Below are positions 47,679 through 60,021 of a stretch of 64,000 nucleotides of DNA, in pieces (the stretch's first letter is position 1; every line of letters begins with the position of its first letter). A program made the translations under genes and the position numbers. This DNA comes from Tubiluchus corallicola (taxonomy: Eukaryota > Animalia > Priapulida): the NCBI GenBank assembly GCA_030141605.1, contig JAQGDQ010000014.1, forward strand, positions 186,001 to 250,000, given 5' to 3'. Below the pieces are notes generated by a model that saw only the letters and a program-made list of their open reading frames with translations, had not been told where the DNA came from and made no database searches.

Positions 47679-50600
47679 ATCGCTTTGTTACCTGTTGTAC
47701 AAAACTATAAACACACTAATATAAAGCTAATCAAGTTAGCGATTCCAATTTATGACATTCATCTGTGCTTCGATGTGTTAAAAATTATAAAAAAGTAACA
47801 AATTCATCGTCGTATAGTATCACTCAGGGCAAAAACAACGAGCCAGTACATTCGTGTCTGAAACTTAACCTAGTCTGCCACTTACGTCATTATAATAATA
47901 ATAATTAAGAAACAATTGCCATGACGAAGCTGACGCCATAAACAACAAAGATTTGTGTTGCTAGATTATAGATTACCAACTTTAGAGTTTTTCTAGGTCT
48001 GAACAGTCGACATAATACTGAATGTTATTTAGTTATAGAAATCGTTCTACCGCTTATATGCAAGCAAATTTGAATGTCGGTGTTTCGACAGTATAAGTCT
48101 GCATCTTACAAAACTAAAACGCTAAATGTAAACCTTCTCAACACATAGTATAGCTACGTATGCTCGAATATAGGTGCGTATGTTTTTTAATGTGTTTTGT
48201 GTTACTTCTGTTTGATAAGACGAAAAAATTGTTTCGTGTTTAAGCTGATTTTGAATTTGGCTCTGTCATGTTTTGTTCCAAGTCCTTATAGATTGGGAGC
48301 ACAGAGAGAGGTTTAATGCGAAACTCGAGCATAAAAGGCTTAAATAGCTAAACAAAATGGCCAAGTTTCAAAAACATGTTGTCTTGTATTGTGCAACAGT
48401 CATCAGATGTCAAAGGTCACGTAGATTCAGCCAAAAAAGAACCATTTAATTCAAAATTTGAGCACAAGGAAAATTTTTGTGGCAGCGAGTGGAGTGTGGC
48501 TAGTAGTGCTTAGATTTATGCTCAAGATAAAAAAATACCAGTCATAAGCAGACACAAGACATACTGGGCCGTTAGCCAATGGTCACTATTTCACCTATAT
48601 TAGAGCACAAGAAAAATTTTTGCGGGAGTTTTCAATACTTGCCTAGTGCATGCTAAATTTATACTTTTTGAAAGACAACCAAACATCATGGTTCTTTTCT
48701 GGCAGCTTGAGGCAGTTTGTAAGCTTTACCTTTCTTGCTAAGATGATGTTACATCTTAACTCGTGAAAGCAAGGAAAATGGGTAGTGTTGATACAACGTT
48801 GCCTAAAAAATTTGCAACAGCAGATATGTTGACGAATCTTCTTTGGTGTTTTTCCCTACTGCCCACATCCATCCACAATGTAGATTTTGCTGATATGATA
48901 GAAAAAAATCACTGCTGTATGGCAGAGTTTACATGTTGATGCAGATATGTATGTTGAATGTAAGATATCAATTTGTCTTGGAGATACCGATATAGCAGGC
49001 CTTCCTTATCATGCTAGCAAAATCGCTTTCACAGTGTGGATGGATGGGTGAGTACTGGAAACAGAAGACACGTATATAAATATATCTAATGTTGCAACTT
49101 CTTTAAAAAAATTGTTTGGGACTTGTCAATGAATTTGCTTGTGACAGTAATGAAAATTGTGTAAGAAACGTTTTAATTAACCATGTAAAAATTGGGACAG
49201 TTAATTAAACCAGTGTTCTTGTTATTCGCAAGTTTTCTTTTTGACCGTTCCACTATTTCAATATTCAATTGCAGACTAGATATTCACGAAATTTCCATCA
49301 AAAATACTGGTACGCTGCTATAACCTTACCACTCGTTACCCTACTTGAACTTATTTCACGGACTACTAACAAGATGCATTCATAGATAGTTTGCATAATA
49401 GTGAGACATAATGATTTTGATGGTAAACCTTCCCTTTACTGTACTTGCATTTTCTGATACCTGAATCGCAATTGGCTTTATAGTTTAGGAGTTGACAGAG
49501 ATTTGTATTACATTTCTAAAATACGATTTGTAAAAAGGTTTGAATGATGGAATCTAATCATGTATTAGTCACCTCAAGTTTTCAAAATGATGCCATAAAT
49601 AAGAAACGCCTCCTAAAATTATCAAATCAAATAAATTTAAATCATATTTTCAATGTACTAATTAAACTTTGCAAAAATGTTCTTTACATCTAACTAAATA
49701 AAGATCAGTTCTTAAATAATGAATTTGATTATGAAGATCAACTTATTACCGTAGCCACTTCTAAGTTTTCAAATTGGTGCGTTACGTAGGAGGTGCCCCT
49801 AAAGTACCTCTCAAAATTAATTTAAAATGACACTGTGACTATACTTTGTGAAAATGTTTTTTACATCTTACTGAATTGGTGCGTTACGTAAGGGTGCCCC
49901 TAAAAGTGATACCCACAAATTAAATTTAATCTTTTTGCCACCGTGCGGGGCATCGCACATTGAAATCACGCGGAACAGCAATCCGCAGAAGGAAATGGCT
50001 GGTTGTTAGACATAAACTATAAATTACTGAATCTTGTCAGTAAGATTACAAATGCGCTTCTCGGCGAGTCAATGGTGCACACAGGGATGGTGAGTCAGTG
50101 GTGCACACTGGGATGGTGAGTCAGTGACGTTTTACCAGTTGGTGCGAACATATTAAATGTCAGACACTCACAATGAATTGTTTATAACATTAAAAATGAG
50201 TGACCGGTTTATAAATCGCATTTTTTGAAAAGTGCATAATTTACTGATGCATTTTTATTGTAGTAAACATTCATTATTTCAGTGAATTGATTTCGTGTAT
50301 ATTGTATATAATTATGTAAATAACGTGTCCTCTTGTATGTGTTTTTTGTAGTTGTATGCTTTGTTTTATTGTCATTTTAGTAATTTTAGTTTTATGTTTT
50401 AATGTGAGGTTTTATCTTCCAATTGCAGATACTAAAGCATCCTCTTATGGTTTGTACTTTGTTTATCTTTGTTCTACCAGATTCTTTCTCGTTTGCTACC
50501 TTCTGGATAAATGCTTCGTCACAAATGCTGATCAACTATATTGGATTGATCTTCTTTTTTATACTTGTTCTTTTCATTTTTTCCCACCCAACTTCTTTGT

Positions 50601-51154
50601 CATGTATACTGTATCTATATTAAGTGTTGTGCGAAGTGTGCAGCATATTAGCAATAACTTCTTTTGTCTTTCTATGCAGTCGTATAATTCAGTGACAGTA
50701 TAATTTATTATGCCTTAACATACACAATGATAGGTTTTACTAGTGAAGCAGACTAAGCATTCGCTTTTATCACTATTCTTGCCTTTAACTTGGACACCTG
50801 TGAAAATACCTTATTTGCGAAAACAGTTTTCCTGTACCTGTGTTTCGTTTATTCAATATCTACTTAAAATTATCTGTTTCGAATAAAATAGCTCTTTATT
50901 TCTCTGTATTGAATTAAACTCGTTTTCCTTTATTTGTCCATTTTCCAATTATTTTTATGATGGTTTGTCGATGTGAGTATTATAATTTTTCATTTTCGTA
51001 ATTCTTTATACATTTAAGTTTGCCAATTTATTTTTTCTATTGTAGTTTACAACTGTAACATTAATTAAAGAAGCTTGGGCTAAAGTTTATAATTCACCAC
51101 ACACAATAAAGTTACTTCGTGAAGCGGATTAGGATTACGTTCAGGTAAGGATTG

Positions 51155-51205
51155 ATGTTAGGTTTAGGCTTAGAGTTAGGGTTAGGGCTAGGGTTAGGGT
51201 TAGGG
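51155..51205 (+). repeat. Short degenerate interstitial (TTAGGG)n tract
   Basis: GTTAGGTTTAGGCTTAGAGTTAGGGTTAGGGCTAGGGTTAGGGTTAGGG. Confidence 0.75.
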
Positions 51206-51647
51206 TATTTGAATTGTGCGGGGGAATTGTAAACTCCTTCTGAAGCTTTGAATTGTGATGGAAAATAGGCGCTGCACACAGCATAGGTTTTCAATCCGGA
51301 TAAGCTACGCTTTCGTTGATGAGTAGCTACAGTAAGGGATGACACATCTAAATCACTAAAATGCTAAGAAGTGTCACCTATTTCTGTAAGCCTTTTGCAC
51401 GTTTTTGTTTTACATTTTTTCACGAACGTTTTTTATTCAAAATTGTGTGTTTTTTGTGTGCATACAATCTATTGGGACTGTTGTAGTTCCTGTATTAAAT
51501 ATTTGAAAAAGGTTTTGTGAAATATTGCTAATACTACAATTAGTTCATTTTAAAAGTATCAGTAAAATACTAATTTATTTACTGATTGATTATAAACTCT
51601 GACTAATGGTGGTGACTAGCATGAAAATTCAGTCCTGTATGGACCAT

Positions 51648-51724
51648 GTGGGTTAATAGCTCAAATGGTAAAAGCGTGTTTCCTGAAAAATAATATTCTG
51701 GGTTCAAATCTTGGTTCACTCACA
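51648..51724 (+). pseudogene. tRNA-like pseudogene / SINE head
   Basis: A-box TAGCTCAAATGG, CTGAAAA loop (GAA), B-box GGGTTCAAATC; acceptor and anticodon stems pair poorly. Confidence 0.45.
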
Positions 51725-52489
51725 GTTTTTCGGATCTTCAATCCTAAATTTAAATTTTGATTATAATATCTCATTAACTGACGTGTGAGGTAATTTTCAG
51801 TGACGTCATAAACAAGTCTTTTTTGTCCGTAGCAACAGACTCCTAGTTACCATGCAAAGGAGGTTTCGATTTGCAAAACTGTGGGCAATAGTTTGTTGTC
51901 ATCCTCAAAGGAGAAAGACAGACACTCTCAAACTTTGACAGACAAAGATGCCTGACCTATATTTTTGTTATTTGTTACAGAAAACCAGAAAATTCAAGAA
52001 TTGCAAAGACACTAGCAACGAATAATTAGGAGCAGCAGCAAAGATGGGTAAGGAAATCCATTGAGCAGGACAGGAACCAAGACTTATAAGTAGACAAAAT
52101 AATTTTACTCTCATTACTTTATTGTTTATTTTGATTGGCATGAAAAATCCGGTTTTGCCGTCTCCAGACTGTGCATTGACCACAACGTATGTCAGCTCAA
52201 AGATTTTAAGAAATGCAAAGCATTTCTGTCTTTCACATTTTCGTTTTGATAGCATGTTTGTGCCTTATAAAATTACTCGAAAATGATAAAAAAGCACTGG
52301 CATTCCAAATTCCAAGAGGGATAGCTAAGTTTAGTCAGCCTACATCGTAGGAATTTTTGTATGACAATCCCTAGATCTATATATACTTTGTAATATTCAT
52401 TCTATTTGATTATATTGGATTACATGTACATTGGATTATGGTCTTTTCTTCCCCTCTAAATTACATAAAAACGGGATACACAGCGGGGG

Positions 52490-52630
52490 AGGTCAAAGGA
52501 CCACCGGCCAAAGGACCACCAGAAAAAGGGGAGGCAAGGTACTAGCGGACAAAGCACCACCGAATAAAGGGCCATCAGACAAAGATTCGCCGAAAACACA
52601 AATGACCACCGGTCAAAGGGCCACCAGGCA
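52490..52630. repeat. ~15-bp tandem subrepeats, probably one arm of a foldback-type element
   Basis: GGTCAAAGGACCACC-like unit repeated about 6 times. Confidence 0.5.
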
Positions 52631-55600
52631 AGTGTCAATGGAAAATCGAGTAAGATACATTGTGCTTTGTGTTGAGATATTTATGTTAGTAATTTGTCTA
52701 GGTTAAATTGTGAAGTTCTGTATTATTTATTTTTCAGCGACTTTCTACTCAGATGACCAAAATAATCTTTTTGTACGTTGAATAATTCAATGGATGCTAT
52801 AGATTAAAACAATTAAAAATTCTGAAAATATTAAAAAATAAAACTTAGATTTTTAAAAAATTTTAAGAGGCATAAAAAATTTTAGTTTTACATTATTAGG
52901 TTTATTAATTTTTAGTTTAATGAAAATGGCGTTATCCTTATCAGTGAGAACCAAGTCTTATCTTTAACTGGTTTTTCTTCGCTAATTGCCATTAGACAAA
53001 AAGCGTCAGTCCTTTGGAGCTCAGGTGTGTACAGTCAACGTCCGCATGAGACTTACCTTCTGTTATAATACTTTCGCTACTGCTATACCCAGTGTGATCC
53101 AGTAGTATTAGATTTTCTGATTTTGAACTTTCTCTGTACTTTTTATAGAGTACCTGTATGAAATGGTGAAGTAGCCGTCAAAGGTACTCTTATATTTACT
53201 GAAAACAATTATGTCTTAAATAAGTGAATTAAAATTAGTTTTTATATTAATTTATGACTTTAGTGGTGAAATATAGATCTAGTAGCCAGCGCTGGATTAT
53301 ATTTTAGGCTAGTATATGCTGCAGCCAAGAGGCCCTTCAAGTTTTGGTAACATTTGGTAAAAAAAATGTTTTTTACTACGGTTGTGTTGAAATATGTGCT
53401 AATTTGGTTTGCAATAAATAGCAAAATAGTGGTATATTTAAAGAATATTTTTATTCGCAAACATATGAAAGCTATTCTAGTTTATTTAAAGAATTTGCAA
53501 TAAATTTATTTCAAACTATGTAAATGTCGCTAAAATATATCAAGAGCAAAAATAGTCAAGTCGGGTTAGTCCGTCTGAAGGGTGTTTCGTAATTTCATTA
53601 GAATAGGAGCCCCAAAAGGTCATAATTCGGCCTTGTTAGTAGTGTAGAAGCAGCTCTGCTAATTATAAACGTCGTTTGCAAACAGCAGATAAAAGTAATT
53701 ATGTATAGATGAAAAACACCTACACAAAATTATATATATATTTTATACGACGGAGTGTTTGAGTACAAGGTGAAGGGGGAATATCAATTTTTTTCCTCTG
53801 AGATGCAATGTTAAATGGAGGTTTTTGAGATAAGAGGTTCATGCGACTATGATATGGGCCTATTTCAGTTATTGACTGATAGCTGACGTCTTCAGAGGCG
53901 TCATAAACGCTTTTCTCGTCGTCATAGTAGCAATTTCTTGGCTACACTACACACATGCAGTGAACAGTTGAAGAAGCTCATGTCCGGAATCTCGATTCAA
54001 GAAAATACTGAAGTTAAAGGAACTGCCTGCAGGTAAAAATGTGCAAACTTCTTCAAGTTTTTCTACTGTACCATGGCCAGTGATATCATAATTATTATCA
54101 CGTTATTTCTTATTATTCTAGTGAAAATCCCGATTTAAATTAGTACAAACGAGAAAACTAGAGGAACACTAGTTGGAATTGGGAAGTTTGGACACGAGTA
54201 GGACGAGCTCAATAATTGCTTGGTCAACGCGAAGGTTAACTCAGTAGGTATTCCTGTTTAAAAATCTTTTTTATGCATTTAAGAATATAGCTCACCAATA
54301 TCAATTATACTCGGCAAAAACTGTGTACAGCAAAATGTCTAGTAAGTAAGCAAGCAAGCAAGCAAATAAATAATTAGTAAGAACGCGACCAGAAAGCAAG
54401 CAATAGTTTATTTCAAGACGGGATATAAACAATAAAACACTAGTCATAACTGCTTACCGTGCGTCTGACGTAGGCCTTTGACGCCCACGACAGCTTTTGT
54501 GTGAAGCAAATTTTGAGTGAGCACACCTAACCACAATAGTCCGTAATAACAGCTACTGCACCTTTTCAAGCTCATAAAGGCACCGGCAGCAAAAAATCCG
54601 TTGTTCTCAGCAGAAAATCAAAAGTGCAGAATATTAACTTGTTTACGTAGAATAGTGCAGGTGCTTTCTGAAAAAATAGAAAAAGTATATTTAAAAATAT
54701 GTTTGGTCAGTGAAAATACAAGCTTTGGTTTGTGTCTTGTTAGACTAGATTTTTTTAGAAATTGGTTAGTTATTATATTGTTGCGGAGGTGGCCAAGAGG
54801 TCCAGGGTTCAAATCTGGATCAGCCAAACCATGTTGCAGACAAATGTTGTAGACGTGAAAATAGAGAAGAAATATCAAAATTTAAACAGAAAATTAAGAT
54901 GAAAACTAGCCAGAATTTTTCCTGCGTTCCTCATGCTGATCATTACTACCGAGCAGGTGCTTAGGTGGTAAACGCACCTGTCCGTCTGTCGACTGAACCG
55001 ACGAGGCCATTCCATGCCAGCTACTTATAGCTACTAAATGGCTTCGCAATTGATCGAACTATCACAATGTAGAGTGGAGGTCGAAAAGGCATTTCGCACC
55101 CGTAACAATATTTTGGACTTATTGGAATAATTTATAACATTTTTACTATTGGAATTGCAATTTTTATGTTGCGTACAAATATGCAAGTACTACATATAAG
55201 CCAGTATAAGTTCTTTATACAAGTATAAAATATGTACATGTATTTTTGTTTTTTTTTTGCTATTTTCGTTAGTCTGTAGATAACGTGTGACGAAATGATT
55301 GCTATTTATTGGTCGAATCTGGCTCGTGTGATGCAAATTGTTGCACCGAGTCACTTATGGGAGCAAGATTCGTTTGTGTGAGACAGAAAATTAAGCAGTT
55401 AAATAAAAATCTGTTTTGCACAAGTTGTGGCACACGTATTTCGTTTCGTCTGAGACGGGTGTAATAAAAACATATTCATAAAAATGGAATGACGGTTTTA
55501 ATCTTGTTGCGCAATCTCAGTAGTGATTATTAAAGTTTGCCTTGTGATAGCAATGTAAACTTCTGTCAAAGTGTTAATTAAAACGGTTCACACACAAACT

Positions 55601-56679
55601 TTATTAATCGCTCATACAAAACTCGGAAAAATTCTAAGCAGAACAAATTTGAAGTTGAAAGACTGGAGTTGAACATGTTAGCATCTGGAAGTGAGATGTT
55701 TCGGGTTAGGCGAAAGAGTTATATTGTTCGTGTAAGTTGTTACACTTTAGCGTAAGCAATATAAAATTGCTTTTCCATGATTTCATTAGCTTTCATAATG
55801 TTCTAGGGTATTTTTTGTCAAATTGCTTTCTTGCTTTGTATAAGAAAACTTAATTTGTGAAATTTGTAATGCACAGCGATACTAGTTTAGCCAATTTTTT
55901 GGTAAGACAAAACAGCGAATAGATACCATAAAAAATAATTAGCTGGAATCATTCCATAATGGATGGAATTCATCAAAAGCTTAACCCCGTCATCCTTGAA
56001 GTGACATCATAAATGTTTGTGCGTCATAGTTTCTTGACTACGCAAAACATTTTCAGCAGCCGGCTTGATAAAGCCCGGAAAGGTTATGACACTTCAACTG
56101 GTAAAAGAAATGGTTATATAGGTAAAGTTATGCAAAGGTTTTCAAATTCTCCTGATATAACATGTCTAGTAATTTTTGCCATGTTAATTCTTATTTAGTG
56201 TTTCTGGTGTGAACAAGAAAGCTGCAAGTAGGTTGTTGGTTTATGATAGGAAACTGGAAGTATGAAGTGACAGTAATGGTATGAGTTTGATGACGCCTAG
56301 CTCAACTTGAAAGCTAAAATGGTAGGTAGCCGTCTTAGAAAAACTTTGTTACGCAGTCGGTTATTTCACAAATATATATTTTGACGCTATGGAAAAAATC
56401 TATTATATATCGGTCTAGTTGTCACAGTAATGAATTTCCGCACCAAGCGTTTGTAATGCAGGGCTATAGTTAACCATCAGGCAGTTTATTAAACCATTAA
56501 ACGAAAAGTCAATCCTTGAACAACATTCATTGTATTTTAATATATATTTAGAAATAGTGAAATTGCCGCGTAATGTACGCGCACAAAATGCCTTGCTTAA
56601 AATGCAAAAGAAATTTAAATAATTCTTGTCTACCGCCAAACGAACCTAGCCGAGGGCATATTTGAAAAAATGACGTCGA

Positions 56680-57130
56680 AGGCACGCGTAAAAAAACTTC
56701 TGCAGTTTACTCAGAAATTCTGCTATTTTAGCTTATTAAATCTTTGTGTTTAACTGTGTTTTTGTAAAAATTAGTCATCGAATCAATTAATAGCACCTTA
56801 AATAAGAAAATGTTCCAATTACATGTTTTGTTATACTGTACACTACAATTTTTTCTATAAAAATCCATTCAAACGTTGTATTATCCAAATCTTTCTCGCC
56901 TGCTGAAAAAAGACTACAAGAAATAAAAGTGATAGTATACTGCAAATCAGTATACGTACGAAGTTGTTGGTGTATTGCGCTATCCTTCCTGTAGAAATCA
57001 TGCTTGTTGAAACCCCGATAAAGATTTTTCATGGTTTTGCCCATATAAAAACTTACAACCAAATCATTGAAATTTGCATAAATACGAATTATTAAATAAC
57101 TGTGTTTTGTCTTTTGCATTTGTAAAACAG
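56680..57130 (-). mobile_element. Penelope-like element remnant (GIY-YIG endonuclease end); related 3' segment at ~58360-58520
   Basis: FYMGKTMKNLYRGFNKH...DSAIHQQL resembles the YIGKTxRxLxxRxxEH...SAIxxHL GIY-YIG pattern; TGTGTTTAACTGTGTTT..TTAGTCAT is shared with ~58420. Confidence 0.5.
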
Positions 57131-58879
57131 GATAAATTGACTAGTTAACTGAAGACTAATAAACGAAAGAAACTGAAGAGAGAAAAACCAAAAGGGATGA
57201 GAACCCAAGTCAGAATAGCAATGCCACAGATGACGCCACACAAAAATTTCTGTACAAACATTATACAATTTTACATAGACACTAAAGTGGATTCTATAAT
57301 ATTACATTTACGCATTCTGTAATTAGCTATTTTAATTTGTGCGTATAACATTATTTACAGTGATATTAAACAAGAAGTATTGAAGTGCGTGCTTAAGGTT
57401 ATTAATGCAGCAAGCTTCCTGTGGGGTAACATAAAAATGCAGATAAATTAATATACAAATTATTAAATTAAAATTCAATATTTGAATCCGCAAGAGTTAC
57501 AATCAGTATTCTCAGGAACTACACAAATTTAATTTAATTTAATGCTTCAGAGAAGACCAAAGAAACACCTGTAGAAACTGAATGGCGAACGATAAAAAAC
57601 GGAATAGTAAGAGCTACGAGTAGATCTAGATTCTAGAAAGATGGCAACAAATTAAAAAAAGAAAGACCAAAGACAGAAGAGGATCAGCAGGAAGTAGTGC
57701 CAGAAAAACACCAATAATGACTTCACGCCTGTGCACGCCTATTGAGTGTCCTTTAGTGGTTATTATAAGGTAAATAATTTCACCCTTCGATCATCTAGAA
57801 ACTGAATTTTAATTTTAATATACGAATTGGCTATTCAATTGAGTTTATGCAACGCAACAATCGAAGTGGTTAAGACCCAGAATAGAAAAAGAGAATTTGC
57901 TCGGATTGATTCTGGCCGTTTATCTCGTTGACGAGGTGTGTACGTCCGAACATGACTAAGAACATCTCTTCATCAATATATCATCTTAGAAAATAAACCA
58001 TCATAATGAGACAGATTCCGGTCCCTCCATAACCATCCATAATTGACAAGAGCTCTGTAATTGCAGAGCTGAATAAAATAATACTAAAAGTGGCTTCAAT
58101 GTTATAATCTAGCTGATGTCTAAAGTCCATCTTTAAAAATGGTACCTGCTGTCGCCCTTCTTGGCGCGTGGTATTTAGGGTAAAATGAGGGTAATAATAG
58201 TCTCTGTTATGCAGCTGTAGATTTATTCTTTACAGTCGGCAAAAAGCCCTTTGTTATCAATGTTAATTGTTTATCTAAATGCCGACTTTAAATTATTATT
58301 ATTATTATATACAGGTAAGCTGGTGAATGCTGGGCAGCGTGAATGCCGCGAAGGCAAGCTGTGTGAAGGTACGTGTTGCAGAATTTCTACAGTTTGCTTA
58401 GAAGTTCCGTTATTCTAATGTTGTGTTTAACTGTGTTTATCTGGATATTAGTCATTCGATCAGTTATGATCAAATTTACAGTGGTTACATTGCTTTAATC
58501 AACAGGATTATACCTTGAAATGTGTAAGTGATTAACATTAATTGTGTAAATAATTAATTTACTAATCATTGTTGACTTTTAGATACGCGAGTAAACTTGC
58601 CAGCACGTAGTACGTGTCGGGCTGGTTACTTAGTTTATAGAGTTCACTCTAAATTCTGAAGAAAGATTCTAAAGCAGCTGGCGGGATGTGTTTATATTGC
58701 ACGGAAACCGGATGATGCCATTTTTCGGCTAAAATGAGCGCGCCCAAGCATAAAGTAATCACGACTTTAAAGTGACTTTACTAATTATACAAGATGCTTA
58801 TCATAATTTTATTGCTGAATCCTTCTAACATTTTCCCAAATATTAATAAGCTCGCCTTTCCGAAAGACTTGGCTCTTGT

Positions 58880-59100
58880 TTTAAGCCCTACATGAGGGGA
58901 GGAGGTTGTGTAATGTGCATCCGGGCTCACGTGTGGGCTTGGATTGCATGTAGTAGGAGGATGTAAGACCTAATGTGCGCTATCTAGCTGACACCTGCGC
59001 ACTTAAGCCCCACATTTGGGAAGGAGGGTGTGCATCCAAGCTCACATGCGGGCTTGGATTGCATGTGGTAGTAGGGTTCAAGACCCAATATGGGCAAATG
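58880..59100. repeat. Diverged orphan copy of the terminal satellite monomers
   Basis: GTGCATCC..GCTCAC.TG.GGGCTTGGATTGCA and AAGCCCCACATTTGGGAAGGAGGGTG motifs shared with the array at 60022-64000. Confidence 0.8.
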
Positions 59101-60021
59101 TGCATGTGTACAATTGAATATATATATATAACATATGTATGTATGTATATATATATATATATATAACATACCAGTAGAATTAGTATATAGATATTAATAA
59201 CAATTCTGGAAGGGTGACTGACCTCGATAGCTCATAGTTCTTTCACCACCCTTTCATCACTAATCAATAACTACTTTTGCACTTTGTAATATTATTGTAT
59301 GTTGTACAGAATTATAAATCACCTAGTTATGTATTTTGCTATTTTAAAATTGGTGATGAACTAATAAACTTACTGACTTACTAACTTACTTTCTTAATGC
59401 TGAGTCTAATACTTACTTGTTTTAATTGTAATGTGCTTTTGCATATGATAAATGCATTATATACTCAACTACTATAAATCGAATGTTCAACTTTTTGTTA
59501 TTCTTTCGTCCCCCCCCTTCTCTTTCTTGCAAGGAATTTTCTCGAGCATTAAATCCCTCACACTAGGAAGGAATGGAATAGACCTGGATAAAATCAGGGA
59601 GTTGGGAAGGTCAAAGGTCACTTGTTGCTTTTTTAAATATCACACGCACATCAATCAGAGTTTGCTGGTGTTGGGATTTTATTGCTGTCGCAACCGTTAG
59701 ATGGCAGTCCATATTATTGTGGAGTTGGCTTCTCAGCAGTTCGTTGTTAGTTGTTACTTCTTAAACGATTTTCAGATACATGATAACATTAGTATTAAAA
59801 CCAAATTAAATAATTTAGATAAGTAATATTAAAAAACCCTTTTAATCCACGAGTTAATTTGACAAAATCTGTGTATTTACAATATTTCGTACAACATGTA
59901 CCTATCTCTTACAGTAAAGACTGTTCTTATATTCATAGCTGGCAATTTTCTTATGAGATTACTTCTACGTATTTCATTTATCAATGTACATTGAAAAAAT
60001 GAGATGTTCTGGTGTTTGAAT

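Noticed and set aside
51155-51205. True telomere or chromosome-fusion scar
   Set aside because: Only about 8 degenerate units in one orientation, typical of repeat-internal tracts
54760-54832. tRNA gene (B-box GGGTTCAAATC)
   Set aside because: No A-box or cloverleaf; at best a decayed SINE head. 38836 and 51648 likewise fail as functional tRNAs
52738-56280. Plus-strand exon-like pieces (MSGISIQENTEVKGTAC at 53980; NKFEVERLELNMLASGSEMFRVRRKSYIVR at ~55640)
   Set aside because: Could not be spliced into a continuous ORF or recognised; may be non-coding or chance
59608-59620. Perfect nuclear-receptor DR1 AGGTCAAAGGTCA
   Set aside because: Single 13-mer with no nearby supported gene; the motif is common inside invertebrate repeats
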